From an uncultured virus (IMG/VR IMGVR_UViG_3300025133_000074) (Duplodnaviria; Heunggongvirae; Uroviricota; Caudoviricetes), in the IMG/VR virus record IMGVR_UViG_3300025133_000074: a DNA stretch of 20,000 nt; one strand, given 5' to 3'. Shown in pieces: positions 17,740 through 20,000 of this stretch. The translations under genes were made by a program, and so were the position numbers. The notes under the pieces are model-generated. The model saw nothing but the letters and a program-made list of their open reading frames with translations. It was not told the origin of the DNA and made no database searches. Each line of letters begins with the position of its first letter. Within the stretch, counting starts at the first letter, position 1.

Positions 17740-18705
17740 ATGGCACAGACAATACAAATAAAACGAGGTACAGGCTCCGCAATCCCATCTAATTTAGCAG
17801 ACGGAGAACTGGCAATTAATTTAGACTCCGGGCAATTATATTATGGTTCCGGCTCGGCTAGTATAAGCCATTTTCGATTTAAAGATATAACCGCGGAAAC
17901 ATATACCGTATCGTCTTCTGTAACCAATTTAATTACTCAAACATCTTCCGGATCCACATCATTTGGAAACTCCGGAGGAGATAAACATTCGTTTATAGGA
18001 AGTATGGTGGTTACTGGTAGTATAACCATTGATGAAAACAATTTTATAAGTTCTTCTGGTGATATTATATCCAGTCAGACTATTACAATGCAAACTGCAT
18101 CAATAGGCGGCGGCATATTTACTTCCGCTTCATTAGCATCTGCAGTTGCCATGGATTTATCTGCATATGCACAAATAACCAATGTTGTTGCAAATTCTGC
18201 AACAGCATCATTTTTAGTCCCAGCTGATACCGCATCATTTTTAGTCCCAACTGATACCGCATCATTTTTAGTCCCAACTGATACTGCATCATTTTTAACT
18301 TCAATACCAGCTGGTACGATATCTGCGTCGGCTCAGATATCTACAGATATCTCAGGAGCATTTAATGGCCAAACCAGTTCATTTATAACTAATTCTCAAA
18401 CTGGTTCATTTATAACTAATTCTCAAACTGCATCATTTATAATTAATTCTCAAACCAGTTCGTTTTTAACAATCGGAAGTGATGCCACATTTGATAATAT
18501 AACTGCTACAGGTAATATTACAGCTAAAAATTATATAATTTCATCATCAGTTACTCATATAACAACCCAAACACTTTCAGGTTCGACCCAATTTGGTGAT
18601 TCATCAGATGATGTTCATCATTTTACTGGTAACATAAGTGCATCTGGATATATAAGTGCAAGTGGTAATATACTTTTTAATAAAATAAGTGGAGGCACAT
18701 TCTAA
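17740..18705 (+). CDS. Short tail-fibre-like protein (321 aa) with major-tropism-determinant/hyaluronidase-like N-terminal domain
   Basis: N-terminus MAQTIQIKRGTGSAIPSNLADGELAINLDSGQLYYG fits the IQ.KRG...L..GE.....D...L..G pattern of Mtd-N-like phage fibre N-termini. Duplicated SSSVT...SGST.FG.S..D.H.F.G motif, two 9-aa tandem arrays, C-terminal ISGGTF. Confidence 0.75.
   Translation: MAQTIQIKRGTGSAIPSNLADGELAINLDSGQLYYGSGSASISHFRFKDITAETYTVSSSVTNLITQTSSGSTSFGNSGGDKHSFIGSMVVTGSITIDENNFISSSGDIISSQTITMQTASIGGGIFTSASLASAVAMDLSAYAQITNVVANSATASFLVPADTASFLVPTDTASFLVPTDTASFLTSIPAGTISASAQISTDISGAFNGQTSSFITNSQTGSFITNSQTASFIINSQTSSFLTIGSDATFDNITATGNITAKNYIISSSVTHITTQTLSGSTQFGDSSDDVHHFTGNISASGYISASGNILFNKISGGTF
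18202..18297 (+). repeat. 27-nt tandem repeat, ~3.5 copies (TASFLVP[A/T]D)
   Basis: Units ac[a/c/t]gcatcatttttagtccca[g/a]ctgat at 18202, 18229 and 18256, with a partial unit at 18283. Units 2 and 3 are identical. Confidence 0.95.
18370..18468 (+). repeat. 27-nt tandem repeat, ~3.7 copies (QT[S/G/A]SFI[T/I]NS)
   Basis: Units caaac.....tcatttataa.taattct at 18370, 18397 and 18424, with a partial unit at 18451. Confidence 0.92.
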
Positions 18706-20000
18706 TGGGCATAATTCAATTAAAATACGGGACCGGTTCAGCAGTTCCAAGTAGTTTACAAAATGGCGAATTTGCTATTAACGTTGATACAAATCAGTTA
18801 TGGTTCGGTTCCGGATCATCACCTGTTAGTAAATTACGTTTAAGCGAAGTAACAGCCTCAGGTGATATAAGTGCAAGTGGTACTATAGTTGCACAAAATT
18901 TTGCAACACCTGGCAAGATTCATCTTAATTCAAATGTTATAAATACAGGTGGTGATTATATAGAATATAACAATGGTGGTTTCTTCTATAAAGGTAAAGG
19001 CGATTTCCATCAAAATTTAGAAGTTGGTACTACATTATTAGTTAATAGTCATATAACTGCTTCAGGTGATATAAGTTCAAGTGCATATATTTATGGTGAT
19101 AGATACTATTCTAATGGTCAAGTTGCATTAAATAATGATGGTACTTCAATAGTACTAGGTAATCATAATACTTATCCTATTAGAATTGGAAAACAGGTCA
19201 ATCCTATTTCAATAATGGGTCACATAACAGCTTCGGGTAATATAAGTGCAAGTGGTACAGTAACAAGTCTCACAGGTTCATTCAACCAATTAAGTGTAAC
19301 ATCTACGGGAGACACAGCTTCACCACCTTTGGATGGTCATTTATTTAGAATAACAGACACTTCAAATAACAATCCGGATATTGACCATTTCTTTGTTGAA
19401 AATGATGCTTTAACTTATGGAATGCGTTGGCATTATGATGGTGGTGATAATGATTTTAGTTTATATAGACATAATAATAGTTCAGTAGGTGAAAAAATAT
19501 TAGAGTTCAGTCGGACTAGTAATAATTCAACATTCTATGGAGATACATATATTTCGTCAACTAGCAAACTATATTGCAATGGTACGCAGGTAGCATATGG
19601 AGACGGTACAGGGGTGGTAATAGGCCAATCAAACCGACCACTGACTATAGATGGTACAAATTTGTTTGTCGATTCCAGTATAACAGCCTCAGGTAATATA
19701 TGTGCAACCGGGAATATTTTAGCAGGCTGGAATGGGTCCAAATCAAGAATAAAAATATTAGCAAGGGACTTTATACCTGATGATGCAGGTAGACCCGCAA
19801 TGATTGATGATACAGGCAGTGATAGATGGCTAGAGTCCCATGGTACTGCTAAATTATTTGCTTCCATCCCAATCCCAACAGGATTTAAAGCAACGCATGT
19901 AAATATATATGGAAGTGCGACATCGGCAATAACGGTATATGAAGCAGACATCAATAGTAAGACAGTAACAAGTAAAGGTACGGGAAATATTGGCACAGAA
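18705..20000 (+). CDS. Tail-fibre-like protein, 3'-truncated (>432 aa), N-terminus paralogous to gene 4; absent from the ORF track
   Basis: ATG 18705-18707 overlaps the TAA of gene 4 (TAATG), with GGAGG at 18691-18695. Manual translation is open to the window end: MGIIQLKYGTGSAVPSSLQNGEFAINVDTNQLWFGSGSSPVSKLRLSEVTASGDISASG...HITASGDISSS...HITASGNISASG...SITASGNICATG...RIKILARDFIPDD...LFASIPIPTGFKATHVNIYGS...GNIGTE. Confidence 0.88.
   Translation, partial: MGIIQLKYGTGSAVPSSLQNGEFAINVDTNQLWFGSGSSPVSKLRLSEVTASGDISASGTIVAQNFATPGKIHLNSNVINTGGDYIEYNNGGFFYKGKGDFHQNLEVGTTLLVNSHITASGDISSSAYIYGDRYYSNGQVALNNDGTSIVLGNHNTYPIRIGKQVNPISIMGHITASGNISASGTVTSLTGSFNQLSVTSTGDTASPPLDGHLFRITDTSNNNPDIDHFFVENDALTYGMRWHYDGGDNDFSLYRHNNSSVGEKILEFSRTSNNSTFYGDTYISSTSKLYCNGTQVAYGDGTGVVIGQSNRPLTIDGTNLFVDSSITASGNICATGNILAGWNGSKSRIKILARDFIPDDAGRPAMIDDTGSDRWLESHGTAKLFASIPIPTGFKATHVNIYGSATSAITVYEADINSKTVTSKGTGNIGTE

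Noticed and set aside
18202..18468. Possible CRISPR array
   Set aside because: The repeats are contiguous with no unique spacers, are in frame within a CDS, and no cas genes are present.
3119..19996. Other short alternative-frame and antisense ORFs, including 19535-19996 (-), 6731-7132 (-) and 18119-18304 (-)
   Set aside because: All lie inside long + strand genes and show no recognisable motifs. 19535-19996 is antisense to the unlisted gene 5, and 18119-18304 mirrors the 27-nt repeat.

Overview
AT-rich window, almost fully coding on the + strand, with five co-oriented genes for Ser/Thr/Gly-rich, beta-strand-type proteins. It is best read as the tail-fibre/virion-appendage module of a large uncultured tailed phage (inference; no capsid, terminase or replication gene is present to prove it). 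Gene 1 is a giant ORF open from the window edge (<3..12209, >4068 aa) built on 16 tandem ~165-185 aa modules. These show higher-order duplication, patchwork sequence exchange and a discoidin-like domain inserted into one module. Genes 2 (1152 aa) and 4 (321 aa) end in a GGxF-stop motif whose GGAGG codons sit at Shine-Dalgarno distance from the next start. Gene 3 (670 aa) has two copies of a split domain, each with an insert. Genes 4 and 5 (18705..>20000, missed by the ORF track) have paralogous Mtd-N-like N-termini. An exact 16-nt sequence recurs four times across genes 2, 4 and 5, and both intergenic spacers carry ATATTTAT 23-24 nt before the ATG. No RNA genes, CRISPR, mobile elements or enzymes were recognised. 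Domain names come from motif recognition by eye, not database searches.
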